From Flavobacteriales bacterium (GTDB taxonomy: Bacteria > Bacteroidota > Bacteroidia > Flavobacteriales_D > UBA2798), in NCBI GenBank assembly GCA_046289975.1, contig JBKBUQ010000004.1:1-43422 (forward strand): a DNA stretch of 43,422 nt. The letters are read 5' to 3'. Below, piece by piece: positions 1-9,343 of this stretch. The notes beneath the pieces were generated by a model. The model was not told the origin of the DNA. It ran no database searches and saw nothing but the letters and a program-made list of their open reading frames with translations. Numbering within the stretch: position 1 is the stretch's first letter; each line of letters begins with the position of its first letter. A program made the translations under genes and the position numbers.

Positions 1-1029
1 TTCCTGATGCACAACACTACGTCCAAGCAATGGCATCATGTATTGCGGATCAGTACTGCTCATTCGGAAATGCATAACAGAACGTGCAATGTTTGAACGC
101 GCAATTACATGGGTGAGCTGAGGAGTAATAAACTGTTGCGGAATTTCACAGACTCCCAACATTGCCGGATCAAGTGTTTTGAAAAACTCAAGCCGAATCG
201 GCCGGTAATTGCAATGTCCACCATCACTATGGCAAAATCCACAATTAATATCCAAATAAGAACGAACTCGTGTTTCAAGCGGCTGGGTGTCGTCAGTCCA
301 ATCTGCTACACGCGCAATTGTACCCGGAACATTTCCGTTGAGGTATCCGACTTCCTGCCATTTTACCAGCTGATTCTTTACGCCATCTGAATATGTGAAA
401 TCCTTATCGAGGTTCTGAGGTTTTGGCGCAATCGGAATTTTATTTCCATTGGATTTATGACAAGTGAAACACTCGACTTCCGAAGGAATACGAAATGTCA
501 GTGACTGATTAACGCCTTGGTCGTCTATCCATTGAACAGGAACATAACTCCCATTGGTTTCATAAACAGCTTCCGACTGATCCTGATTCCAGATGTAATC
601 TGCAAATTTCCATTCTCCTTCTTTTTTATACAGAAGTCTTGTCTCCAAAATTTTTCGATCGCCGCTTGGAACAACATTATCGTAATAGAAGTTTTTAATG
701 AATACTGTTCCATCCGGAAAATCGAATAGACTATGATCGGAAACATATTGTGCGCTACTATCTTTCATCATCCACACAAATCGTGATTTATGCGCATAAT
801 CGGAAAAGAGTGGTGTAATGGGCTCATAAGGCAACACTCTTTCATTCGGGTTCAAATTTTTTAATGCACCCGTAAAAAATTTATAATCGCTTAACTTAGG
901 ATAAGGAACCTGATTGAGATTAAATACAACTCCGGCATCCTCCTCCGGAATATCATCCGGAATAGGGACATCCCTTCTGCAGGCTGCAATAAATGCAAGC
1001 GCAAAAACAAAAAAGAGTATTCTGATCAT
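1..1029 (-). CDS. Di-haem c-type cytochrome lipoprotein, SO2930/HNE_0200-like family (3' end beyond window edge)
   Basis: Not in the ORF track. Manual translation from ATG at 1029 is open to base 1: MIRILFFVFALAFIAA-C (lipobox), YPKLSDYKFF, YEPITPLFSDYAHKSRF, FPDGTVFIKNFYY, ETRLL, CFTCH (457-471), RSYLDINCGFCH (229-243), MMPLLGRSVVHQE. These motifs are characteristic of the family. Confidence 0.85.
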   Translation of the reverse strand, partial: MIRILFFVFALAFIAACRRDVPIPDDIPEEDAGVVFNLNQVPYPKLSDYKFFTGALKNLNPNERVLPYEPITPLFSDYAHKSRFVWMMKDSSAQYVSDHSLFDFPDGTVFIKNFYYDNVVPSGDRKILETRLLYKKEGEWKFADYIWNQDQSEAVYETNGSYVPVQWIDDQGVNQSLTFRIPSEVECFTCHKSNGNKIPIAPKPQNLDKDFTYSDGVKNQLVKWQEVGYLNGNVPGTIARVADWTDDTQPLETRVRSYLDINCGFCHSDGGHCNYRPIRLEFFKTLDPAMLGVCEIPQQFITPQLTHVIARSNIARSVMHFRMSSTDPQYMMPLLGRSVVHQE

Positions 1030-1148
1030 AGCTACTAAATGTAAAAAAAAGTCCCCTACCCTAAACAACCGATCCCACTTTCAATTCCTGATTTCGGAAG
1101 GAATGCAATTGTAGAAGTGGTAATACCCTGAAATACAAACTACTTTCC

Positions 1149-1178
1149 AAAAACAAAAACCCCCGCACAAGGCGGGGG
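1149..1178 (-). terminator. Intrinsic terminator ending the dcw/yqeY transcript
   Basis: Stem CCCCCGC-N5-GCGGGGG (1160-1178) followed on the minus strand by TTTTTGTTTTT, about 30 nt after the yqeY stop. Confidence 0.85.
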
Positions 1179-1210
1179 CTTCGTTAACAAACAACAAAAC
1201 AAAACAAAAT

Positions 1211-1654
1211 TTATCCCAAAAGCTGCTTAACAAGTGCAGAAATGAGCTTACCATCGGCTTTACCCTGGAGCTTGGCCATGGCAGGACCCATAACCTTACC
1301 CATATCAGCAGCAGAGCTTGCGCCAACAGAGGCAATGACTTCCTGAATTACAGCTTTTACCTGTTCTTCACTCATCTGTTCAGGCAAATAGGCTTTTATG
1401 ATATTCGCCTGAAAGATTTCCGTTTCGGCGAGTTCAGGGCGACCCTGCTGAACAAAAATCTCTGCTGCTTCATTGCGTTGCTTATACATTTTCTGCAGCA
1501 TTTTCACTTCAGCATCATTAGAAACCTCACCGGTTCCTTTTGTTTGCTCAAGAAGTAATGCCGCTTTAATGGCACGCAACGCTTCCAGCTTTTCTTTTTC
1601 TTTTGCCAACATCGCTGATTTGATGTCGGCATTGATTTGCTCACTCAGATTCAT
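1211..1654 (-). CDS. yqeY: GatB/YqeY domain protein
   Basis: MNLSEQINADIKSAMLAKEKEKLEALRAIKA...YLPEQMS...DMGKVMG...GKADGK. Start re-called at 1654, just after the ftsZ stop. Confidence 0.93.
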   Translation of the reverse strand: MNLSEQINADIKSAMLAKEKEKLEALRAIKAALLLEQTKGTGEVSNDAEVKMLQKMYKQRNEAAEIFVQQGRPELAETEIFQANIIKAYLPEQMSEEQVKAVIQEVIASVGASSAADMGKVMGPAMAKLQGKADGKLISALVKQLLG

Positions 1655-1655
1655 A

Positions 1656-3569
1656 TCAGTCAACGTTATCGTGAAGAAAGGAATTATTGGATCGCAATCC
1701 GCCACCGTTTCCGCTTTCATCTTTGCCATCACCACCTACCGAAAAACGGGAGATGTTTGACTCGGATGAATGCTGGGTTTTGTCCAATGTAATTTTGCGA
1801 CGGATGTACGCTGGCTCGTTTTCCAGATCGTTTAGTCCGGCAGGCGATTTCAATTTGGAACTAAGTTCCTTAATACGTGCCAAACGTTCCTGAGCTCTGC
1901 GCTGCTGCTCTTCCGAACTCAATTGCTTTTCCTTTTCAGGATCAACATTCTCAACAGGAAACAAGGTGCTTTGTCCCTTCGTGGAAGGAATCTCACTACG
2001 CACATCCTGTTGCTTATTCTCGCCGGTTGTTTCAGGTGTGTTTTGCTGAGAATTCATTTCAGGACCTTTCGCCTTCAAATCGTTTACATCTTCACTTTCA
2101 TCTAGCCAGTGGCGAATGACATTCTCCTGTGGAGTTTCTGCACTTACATCAATGGTTTTTGGTGCTTCGGTGCGTACCTCAAATTGCAGCGTTTCTTCTT
2201 CAACGGATGAGGTGATTTCCCATTCAGGACTTTCAGAAACTGGTAGATCAGCATTCTTTTCACACGTAAAAACCACATTTTCCTCAATAGAACTTGTGAT
2301 CTCTTCGATGGATGTGGTATCGAGTGTGTGACGGGTTATTGGTGTTTCACTCACTGTATTTTCTGCAACAGGAGTTACATTTACCGGATCCATAATTTTC
2401 AAAACGGGTTCGTCCAATGCAACTGACGATTCAGACATCTCAGCCTGCACTTCCTCAACGCCACCTTTAAGATAGGGCTCAGGAACCGATTCAGAAACCG
2501 TCTGACGCTGCGTTGGTGATTGAATAGGCGCAGTGATTGCAGTTGGTGTTTCCTCTGTAAGAATGACCTTGTTTTTTTCTGGCATTTTCATCGCAACTCC
2601 TGTATCAGGCGTGCGATTAAATCCGGTTGCAATAACTGTTACAGAAACAGAATCGCCTAACATTTCATCAAATCCATGTCCCCAGATTACATCTGCAGTT
2701 GATCCTGCTTCTTCCTGAATATAATCAGTGATCTCAGCAATCTCATCCATGGTGACTTCCTGCGTACCATATGTAATATTCAGAAGCACGTATTGCGCAC
2801 CGTAAATATGATTTTCGTTTAGCAATGGTGAAGACAAAGCCTTTTCAACAGCAATGCGTGCACGATTTTCTCCTGCAGCAGAAGCTGATCCCATAATGGC
2901 AACACCGCTGTTACGCATAACTGTGTTCACATCATTGAAATCGACATTGATTAATCCGGTTACGGAAATCATTTCTGCGATTCCGCGAGCAGCAGTATTC
3001 AACACTTCATCTGCCTGTGAAAACGCATTTGCAAGGGTAAGATTACCGTACATCTCACGCAATTTGTCATTGTTGATCACAAGCAATGTATCAACAGCCT
3101 GACGCATGAATTCCAAACCTTCTTCGGCTTGTTGTTTCCGTTTTTTCCCTTCGAAACCGAACGGAATGGTAACAATACCTACAGTAAGAATTCCCATTTC
3201 GCGGGCAGCCTGGGCAATTACCGGTGCAGCACCTGTTCCGGTACCTCCACCCATACCTGCAGTAATGAATACCATGCGGGTATTCTGACCGAGAATGGCC
3301 TTGATGTCTTCAATGTTTTCAATTGCAGCGTTGCGACCCACTTCAGGAATCGCACCTGCTCCGAGTCCTTGTGTAAGACTCGCCCCCAATTGAATTTTAG
3401 TTGGGATAGGACTCATTTCGAGTGACTGACTGTCTGTATTACAGACGATAAAGTCGACACCCTTAATCTGATGGCGGAACATATAATTCACGGCATTACT
3501 ACCGCCTCCGCCCACACCGATCACCTTTATGATCGATGCTTGTTCTCTGGGTAATTCAAACTTGAACAT
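1656..3569 (-). CDS. ftsZ: Cell division protein FtsZ with long acidic linker
   Basis: IKVIGVGGGGSNAV, GMGGGTGTG tubulin signature, NVDFNDV T7 loop, C-terminal PAYIRR...FLHDNVD typical of Bacteroidota. Confidence 0.99.
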   Translation of the reverse strand: MFKFELPREQASIIKVIGVGGGGSNAVNYMFRHQIKGVDFIVCNTDSQSLEMSPIPTKIQLGASLTQGLGAGAIPEVGRNAAIENIEDIKAILGQNTRMVFITAGMGGGTGTGAAPVIAQAAREMGILTVGIVTIPFGFEGKKRKQQAEEGLEFMRQAVDTLLVINNDKLREMYGNLTLANAFSQADEVLNTAARGIAEMISVTGLINVDFNDVNTVMRNSGVAIMGSASAAGENRARIAVEKALSSPLLNENHIYGAQYVLLNITYGTQEVTMDEIAEITDYIQEEAGSTADVIWGHGFDEMLGDSVSVTVIATGFNRTPDTGVAMKMPEKNKVILTEETPTAITAPIQSPTQRQTVSESVPEPYLKGGVEEVQAEMSESSVALDEPVLKIMDPVNVTPVAENTVSETPITRHTLDTTSIEEITSSIEENVVFTCEKNADLPVSESPEWEITSSVEEETLQFEVRTEAPKTIDVSAETPQENVIRHWLDESEDVNDLKAKGPEMNSQQNTPETTGENKQQDVRSEIPSTKGQSTLFPVENVDPEKEKQLSSEEQQRRAQERLARIKELSSKLKSPAGLNDLENEPAYIRRKITLDKTQHSSESNISRFSVGGDGKDESGNGGGLRSNNSFLHDNVD

Positions 3570-3623
3570 AGCGTTGGGTTTTTGTTGTTTGTTTATTGTT
3601 GTTTGTTTGTTTGCATTGAGTAT

Positions 3624-4895
3624 TTAATCGATATCCTCTTCGAAAAACGATTTGCCTACTTTTCCGAAAATCTTTTCGAAGAATGAACCTTTCGTTTTTT
3701 GCGAGTGCGTTTTGATAACCGCGTTTTTGCTGCGTGCTTGTTTCTCGTATTTCTGGAAACCCATTAGTACAAGTCCAACACCGGTCGAGAACATCGGACT
3801 GGTAACGCCTTCTGCACCTTTTCCGAGATGTTCGGTTGGGTATCCAATTCGGGCATCCATTCCTGTGATGTATTCAAACAGCTGGGTGATATGCTTCAAT
3901 TGCGATCCGCCACCGGTTACCACTATTCCACCGATTAGTTTCTTCTCGTATCCTGAATTTTTTATTTCATAATACACATGCTCAACGATCTCTTCCATTC
4001 TCGCCTGAATGATAGAAGCCAGGTTGCGTACTGAAATTTCTTTTGGGTCGCGCCCGCGTAAACCGGGAATACAAACAATTTCATTGGCCTGTGCTTCACT
4101 TGCCAATGCACTTCCGAATTTTACTTTCAAAAGCTCTGCCTGTTTGTGAATGATGGTACATCCTTCCTTAACGTCTTCGGTGATCACGTTTCCACCAAAA
4201 GGAATTACAGCAGTATGGCGAATAATTCCATCCTGGAAAATGGCAATATCCGTTGTTCCACCACCTATATCCACCAATACAACACCGGCTTCTTTTTCTT
4301 CTGTGCTCAAAACAGCTTCACTCGAAGCAAGCGGTTCAAGAATCAATTCATCAACTTCCAATCCTGCTTTGGCAACACATTTATGAATGTTTTTTGCAGC
4401 AGCGATTTGCCCGGTGATGATGTGGAAATTTGCCTCCAGACGGATTCCCGACATACCGATCGGATCTTTAATTCCCTGTTCGTTATCGACAATATACTCC
4501 TGTGGCAAAACATGAATAATCTCCTCACCCGGCAACATAACCAATTTGTACATGTCGTCGATCAGTGCATCGATATCGTTCTGCGCAATCTCCTCCTCGA
4601 TGGTGCTTCGCGTACGAATACCACGGTGCTGAAGACTTTTGATGTGCTGACCGGCAATACCGACGTTTACAACATTAATCTCTACTCCCGATTGACGTGA
4701 GGCTTCTTCAACAGCTGCTTTTATTGATGCAACCGTTTTTTCGATGTTGGAAACAACACCGCGCGTTACGCCTACCGATTCCGATTTTCCTACGCCGAGG
4801 ATCTCGATCTTTCCATGTTCATTTTTGCGTCCCACCAGGCAGGCGATCTTGGTGGTTCCGATGTCGAGTCCGACGATGATCTCAGGTGATTCCAT
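3624..4895 (-). CDS. ftsA: Cell division protein FtsA
   Basis: GLDIGTTKI, VDIGGGTTDIA, VTGGGSQL actin-like ATPase motifs; lies directly upstream of ftsZ. Confidence 0.99.
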   Translation of the reverse strand: MESPEIIVGLDIGTTKIACLVGRKNEHGKIEILGVGKSESVGVTRGVVSNIEKTVASIKAAVEEASRQSGVEINVVNVGIAGQHIKSLQHRGIRTRSTIEEEIAQNDIDALIDDMYKLVMLPGEEIIHVLPQEYIVDNEQGIKDPIGMSGIRLEANFHIITGQIAAAKNIHKCVAKAGLEVDELILEPLASSEAVLSTEEKEAGVVLVDIGGGTTDIAIFQDGIIRHTAVIPFGGNVITEDVKEGCTIIHKQAELLKVKFGSALASEAQANEIVCIPGLRGRDPKEISVRNLASIIQARMEEIVEHVYYEIKNSGYEKKLIGGIVVTGGGSQLKHITQLFEYITGMDARIGYPTEHLGKGAEGVTSPMFSTGVGLVLMGFQKYEKQARSKNAVIKTHSQKTKGSFFEKIFGKVGKSFFEEDID

Positions 4896-4931
4896 GATTA
4901 TACTTGTTTGTTGTTTGTTTCTATTGTTGGA

Positions 4932-5717
4932 TTATTTTTTTGAGCAAACGATTTGATTCTTGTATTTTAAATTTATGGTGTCGTATCTGTTCCATCCGGT
5001 TTGTTTAATTCCTTCCTTGTAAAACACCATCAGCTTATTGAATTTTTCTTCCATGTGCGAAGTATCTCCAAAAATGATTCGATGATCTCCGACAACGGGA
5101 ATTAATTCCATATCACCCTTTCTGCTGAAATAGATCTCCTGTATCTGCGCATTCCAAAAAGAATTCCCTGAAATGAAATTTGCCATCGCATAAATATCGT
5201 CTGTACGCATAATGGAACGAAGCAAAGAATCTCCGGCAATTTCATGCGCACTTTCCGTCAATTCAGGCTCACTGATGTAACCATGAACAACAGGTACACG
5301 CGGAAAATAATAATTACTCACCGGCATCTGGAATCCGCGATCATCGATATAGAACTGTCTTCCATTACTGTTAATTACCCGTACTATTGGACGGCGTTGC
5401 GCAATAGAAACGCCTACCCTACCGTCAATTGTTTTGAATACTTCGACAGACTGCACTTCAGGAATTTTCATCAGAACCGCCTCCATTTCGTCAACCTGAA
5501 CATTCAACATTTTCTTACCTGTTGGATCAGTGTTGGATTGACGCAATCGGTTAACCACATCTTCTCTGGAAAGAAACTGCATGCCGTTTTCGTAATCTAT
5601 ATGCACGTTCAACTCTGCGCATAACAATTCATTTTGTGCAGCATTGGAAAATCCAAGTAGAACCAATATTCCAATTGGAATAAAAATCCAAAATGCTATG
5701 TTGAGAATCCGCTTCAT
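4932..5717 (-). CDS. ftsQ: Cell division protein FtsQ/DivIB
   Basis: N-terminal TM helix, POTRA-like region, QRRPIVR, C-terminal INLKYKNQIVCSK; lies between murC and ftsA. Confidence 0.92.
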   Translation of the reverse strand: MKRILNIAFWIFIPIGILVLLGFSNAAQNELLCAELNVHIDYENGMQFLSREDVVNRLRQSNTDPTGKKMLNVQVDEMEAVLMKIPEVQSVEVFKTIDGRVGVSIAQRRPIVRVINSNGRQFYIDDRGFQMPVSNYYFPRVPVVHGYISEPELTESAHEIAGDSLLRSIMRTDDIYAMANFISGNSFWNAQIQEIYFSRKGDMELIPVVGDHRIIFGDTSHMEEKFNKLMVFYKEGIKQTGWNRYDTINLKYKNQIVCSKK

Positions 5718-7069
5718 CCTTCCAGCCCTTTCCGTAATGGTTCAACAAGACGATCGATATCTCCGGCACCCAGCACCAATAAGACTTCCGGCTTTCTGTT
5801 CACTAATTCTTTAATAGCATCTTCCTTGGAAAGTAGCTCTCGTTTTGGTGTTTTAATCTGTTCCAAAAGAGCAGAAGAGCTCACGCCTTCCATTGGCAAT
5901 TCCCTTGCAGGATAAATATCCAGCAATATCAATTCATCCAGCATTGACAAACTCTCAGCGAAACCTTCCATGAAATCACGCGTCCTGCTGAATAAATGCG
6001 GCTGGAATAATCCGGTTATTTTTTTTGTCGGAAAAAGTTCACGGGCAGCGCCTATTGCAGCCTTTAATTCCGCCGGGTGATGAGCATAATCATCGATCAG
6101 GACACATTTCTCATTGCGGAGAACAAACTCGAAGCGACGACGAATGCCTTTGAAATCTTTCAGTGCAATACGCACACCTTTTTCTGTCGCGCCGAATGAA
6201 AGTGCAAGTGTAATTGCTGCAGTAGCGTTTTCAACATTATGTTTTCCCGGCATTGTAAACTCAAGTCCGGACATGGAAATTTTTTCTCCTACATAGTCAA
6301 ATACAAACAAGCCGTTTTCGACCCTGATATTTTCAGCGCGATACTTGGATTGATCACTGTAATAAATCTGATCTGCATACTCCTGTACATTTGCATTCAG
6401 CGCCAGAGGGAGTCCGTTGCGCAATACCACAATTCCATTCTTTTCTACTCCATTTATAAAATCGCTGTAGGCATGCAGCATGTTTTCCGCGGTGCCATAT
6501 ATATCGAGATGATCGGGATCGGAGGAGGTTACAATGATTCCGTTCCTTGACAATTGCAGAAAGGAACGATCATATTCATCTGCTTCCATTACAACGATTT
6601 CAGAATTACCCGAAATAAAATTGCTTCCGTAATTCCCGGCAATTCCACCAAGAAATGCTGTTACGTCTACACCCGAACTTTTAAGAATATGTGTGAGCAA
6701 AGTTGTGGTAGTCGTTTTTCCATGAGTACCGGCAACACATAAACAAGTATGGTTTTTACTGATCATTCCCAATACTTCGGCTCGCTTATAAATCGGAATA
6801 TTATTTTCCATCAGGCGTTTCCACTCCTGAAGATCTTTCGGAATAGCAGGAGTGAGAATTACCAAATCAATATCAAGCGGTAGCTGATCGGGAGCATCAT
6901 GGTAATGAATCTGCATTCCCTCTTTTACAAGCTGAGTAGTTAAATCAGTTTCCGTTTTGTCATAACCTGAAACACGAACTCCTCTTCCCAGAAAATAGCG
7001 GGCTAGCGCACTCATACCGATACCACCGATGCCAAGAAAATAGATATGTCGTAATCCACTCAAGTTCAT
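5714..7069 (-). CDS. murC: UDP-N-acetylmuramate--L-alanine ligase
   Basis: FLGIGGIGMSALA, AGTHGKTTT, EADEYDRSF, DDYAHHP, FQPHLFSRTRDF. Start re-called at 7069 (ATGA overlap with the murG stop). Confidence 0.98.
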   Translation of the reverse strand: MNLSGLRHIYFLGIGGIGMSALARYFLGRGVRVSGYDKTETDLTTQLVKEGMQIHYHDAPDQLPLDIDLVILTPAIPKDLQEWKRLMENNIPIYKRAEVLGMISKNHTCLCVAGTHGKTTTTTLLTHILKSSGVDVTAFLGGIAGNYGSNFISGNSEIVVMEADEYDRSFLQLSRNGIIVTSSDPDHLDIYGTAENMLHAYSDFINGVEKNGIVVLRNGLPLALNANVQEYADQIYYSDQSKYRAENIRVENGLFVFDYVGEKISMSGLEFTMPGKHNVENATAAITLALSFGATEKGVRIALKDFKGIRRRFEFVLRNEKCVLIDDYAHHPAELKAAIGAARELFPTKKITGLFQPHLFSRTRDFMEGFAESLSMLDELILLDIYPARELPMEGVSSSALLEQIKTPKRELLSKEDAIKELVNRKPEVLLVLGAGDIDRLVEPLRKGLEG

Positions 7070-8166
7070 TTCACAAGATCTGCTATGACCGAAGCAATAG
7101 CTTCTGCCGAATTCGTAAAACCCAAACCACCGATATTCCGATGCAGAGAATGGCATTTCTCTTCGTTCTCCAACAATTCCAAAACCGTTGTTGCCAGTTG
7201 ATCTTTCGCATCAACATCTTTTACAAGCAATGCCGCATGATGATTAACCAAGGCCATAGCGTTTTTTGTCTGATGGTCTTCTGCAACATTTGGAGATGGA
7301 ACCAGAATTACAGGCTTGCGCACAAGGCATAATTCCGAAATCGCGATTGCCCCTGCACGAGAAATCACCACATCTGCCATTGCATATCCCAAATCCATTC
7401 TGGTAATAAAATCCATCACCTTAATATTTTCTGCCTGTGCATCCTGAACCGCTTTTTGTGCAACAGGAAAATAACTTTTACCGGTTTGCCAAACCACTTG
7501 CACACCTGCTGCTTTAAATCGCTCGATGGAATGATGAACGGCCTCATTTATCGTTCTTGCACCTAAACTTCCACCAACAACCAGAATTGTTTTTATCTCA
7601 GCATTCAATCCAAAAAGTTCAGCAGCTCTTGCCCTTTTCCCTTCCAATTGAACCACATCTTCCCGCACCGGGTTTCCGGTCAATACGATTTTATCTTTTG
7701 GAAACCACTTTTCCAAACCATCATAGGCAACACAAATCCGGCTAACCGATTTAGCAAGCATCTTATTCGTTTTACCGGGGAATGAATTCTGTTCCTGTAT
7801 GACAGTAGGAATTTTCTTTTGCGTTGCAATTTTCAACATCGGACCGCTGGCATATCCACCTACACCAACAACAACATCAGGATTAAATTCCCTCATGATG
7901 CGACGCGCTTTCACCATACTTCGAAATAGATCTCTGAAAAAGGAAAACCATTTAAGCGTAACTTTTCTTGGCATTCCCTGAATTCGTAATCCTGTAATTT
8001 TGTATCCCGCAGCGGGCACCTTTTCCATTTCCATTCTACCTTCAGCACCCACAAAAAGTATTTCCACATCCGGATAGCGCTTTTTCACTGCATTGGCAAT
8101 TGCAATTGCAGGGAAAATATGTCCACCTGTTCCACCACCACTTATTAGTATTTTACGCAACGGCAT
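7066..8166 (-). CDS. murG: Lipid II GlcNAc transferase MurG
   Basis: SGGGTGGHIFPA, GGYAS, QEQN, TGNPVR, GGSLGA, SRAGA, HQTKNA. Start re-called at 8166. Confidence 0.98.
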   Translation of the reverse strand: MPLRKILISGGGTGGHIFPAIAIANAVKKRYPDVEILFVGAEGRMEMEKVPAAGYKITGLRIQGMPRKVTLKWFSFFRDLFRSMVKARRIMREFNPDVVVGVGGYASGPMLKIATQKKIPTVIQEQNSFPGKTNKMLAKSVSRICVAYDGLEKWFPKDKIVLTGNPVREDVVQLEGKRARAAELFGLNAEIKTILVVGGSLGARTINEAVHHSIERFKAAGVQVVWQTGKSYFPVAQKAVQDAQAENIKVMDFITRMDLGYAMADVVISRAGAIAISELCLVRKPVILVPSPNVAEDHQTKNAMALVNHHAALLVKDVDAKDQLATTVLELLENEEKCHSLHRNIGGLGFTNSAEAIASVIADLVK

Positions 8167-9343
8167 AAGAACCTCCTTTCTCCTCATTCAAATCAGTTCT
8201 AACAGTATTTCCTTCCTGTTTTACTTCCTCTTCAACAGATCGGCTTACACTTAATATTATTCCAAGTGAAATAAACGTAAACCAGGTTGAAGTACCTCCC
8301 ATTGATATCAAAGGCATATTTTGACCTGTAACGGGAATTATTTTCGTGCATACCGCCATATTGATAAATGCCATGAAAACAAGATTCAGACATAAACCAA
8401 TCACCATCAATGAACCAAAAACACTTTGGCATTTTGAAGCAATCCGAATTCCTCTGAACAAAAGCATCATGTACATCAGCAATAATACTCCACCTCCCAT
8501 CGATCCGAATTCTTCAATAAAAGATGCGTAAACAAAATCTGCATAAGCCTCAGGAATGATGTGTTTCATCTGACCATTACCCGGACCTTTTCCAAGTAAG
8601 CCACCATTATCAATTGCCATCATCGCATTATTGATCTGCCATTGTTTACGCGGATCTTCTGAAGAGTGGCTGGTAAATCGATTCATCCACGTCTCCAATC
8701 GGGGAAGCAAATCAGGGTTTGCTTTAGCCAGCAAGATCATCAGTCCAAAGGCAGCAATTGCACCACCAACAATTCCAAAAATGTATTTAAACGGAACTTT
8801 AGCTATAAAAAACAAAATGAGTGTCAGTCCAAAAATGAGAACTGCGGTAGAAAGATTCTGTGTAACAATTAAGCCAATAACCAATCCAACCGGAATTAAA
8901 ATCGGCACAATTCCCTCTCTGAAGTCGTGAAACTTATCTCTGTTAATTGTGAGCATTCGCGCCACGAAAACAATCAGCACTACTTTTGCAAAGTCGGATG
9001 TTTGGAATTTGATATTCAGCACAGGAATTTCCAGCCAACGCTCAGCAGCATTGATCCGAACACCTGCAACCAGGGTAACAAAAAGTAAAATCACACTTAC
9101 CCAAATCAGGATCTGAGAGATGCGCGAATAGTATTTAAAGTTGATGTTGTGCACATAAAACATAATGACAAATCCGGAGAATACCATCATCACATGCTTC
9201 AACAGGAAGCCCTCAGTTCCTGAATCACCACGCGCAAGGATGGGGGTAAAGGAATACACCGAGACTAACGAAAACAACGAGAGTATCAGGGTAATCATCC
9301 AGATCACCTTATCACCTTTGAGGTATGTAAAAAACGTACGCAC
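8153..9343 (-). CDS. ftsW: SEDS peptidoglycan polymerase FtsW
   Basis: Multiple TM helices; AERWL, FQTSDFAK, PEAYADFVY, PVTGQNMPLISMGG. GTG start. Confidence 0.97.
   Translation of the reverse strand: MRTFFTYLKGDKVIWMITLILSLFSLVSVYSFTPILARGDSGTEGFLLKHVMMVFSGFVIMFYVHNINFKYYSRISQILIWVSVILLFVTLVAGVRINAAERWLEIPVLNIKFQTSDFAKVVLIVFVARMLTINRDKFHDFREGIVPILIPVGLVIGLIVTQNLSTAVLIFGLTLILFFIAKVPFKYIFGIVGGAIAAFGLMILLAKANPDLLPRLETWMNRFTSHSSEDPRKQWQINNAMMAIDNGGLLGKGPGNGQMKHIIPEAYADFVYASFIEEFGSMGGGVLLLMYMMLLFRGIRIASKCQSVFGSLMVIGLCLNLVFMAFINMAVCTKIIPVTGQNMPLISMGGTSTWFTFISLGIILSVSRSVEEEVKQEGNTVRTDLNEEKGGSYAVA

Noticed and set aside
109-1114. Short ORFs 109..390, 517..729, 525..746 and 914..1114 in the track
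   Set aside because: They are shadows of the long minus-strand cytochrome frame (1029 to edge), which has clear family motifs.
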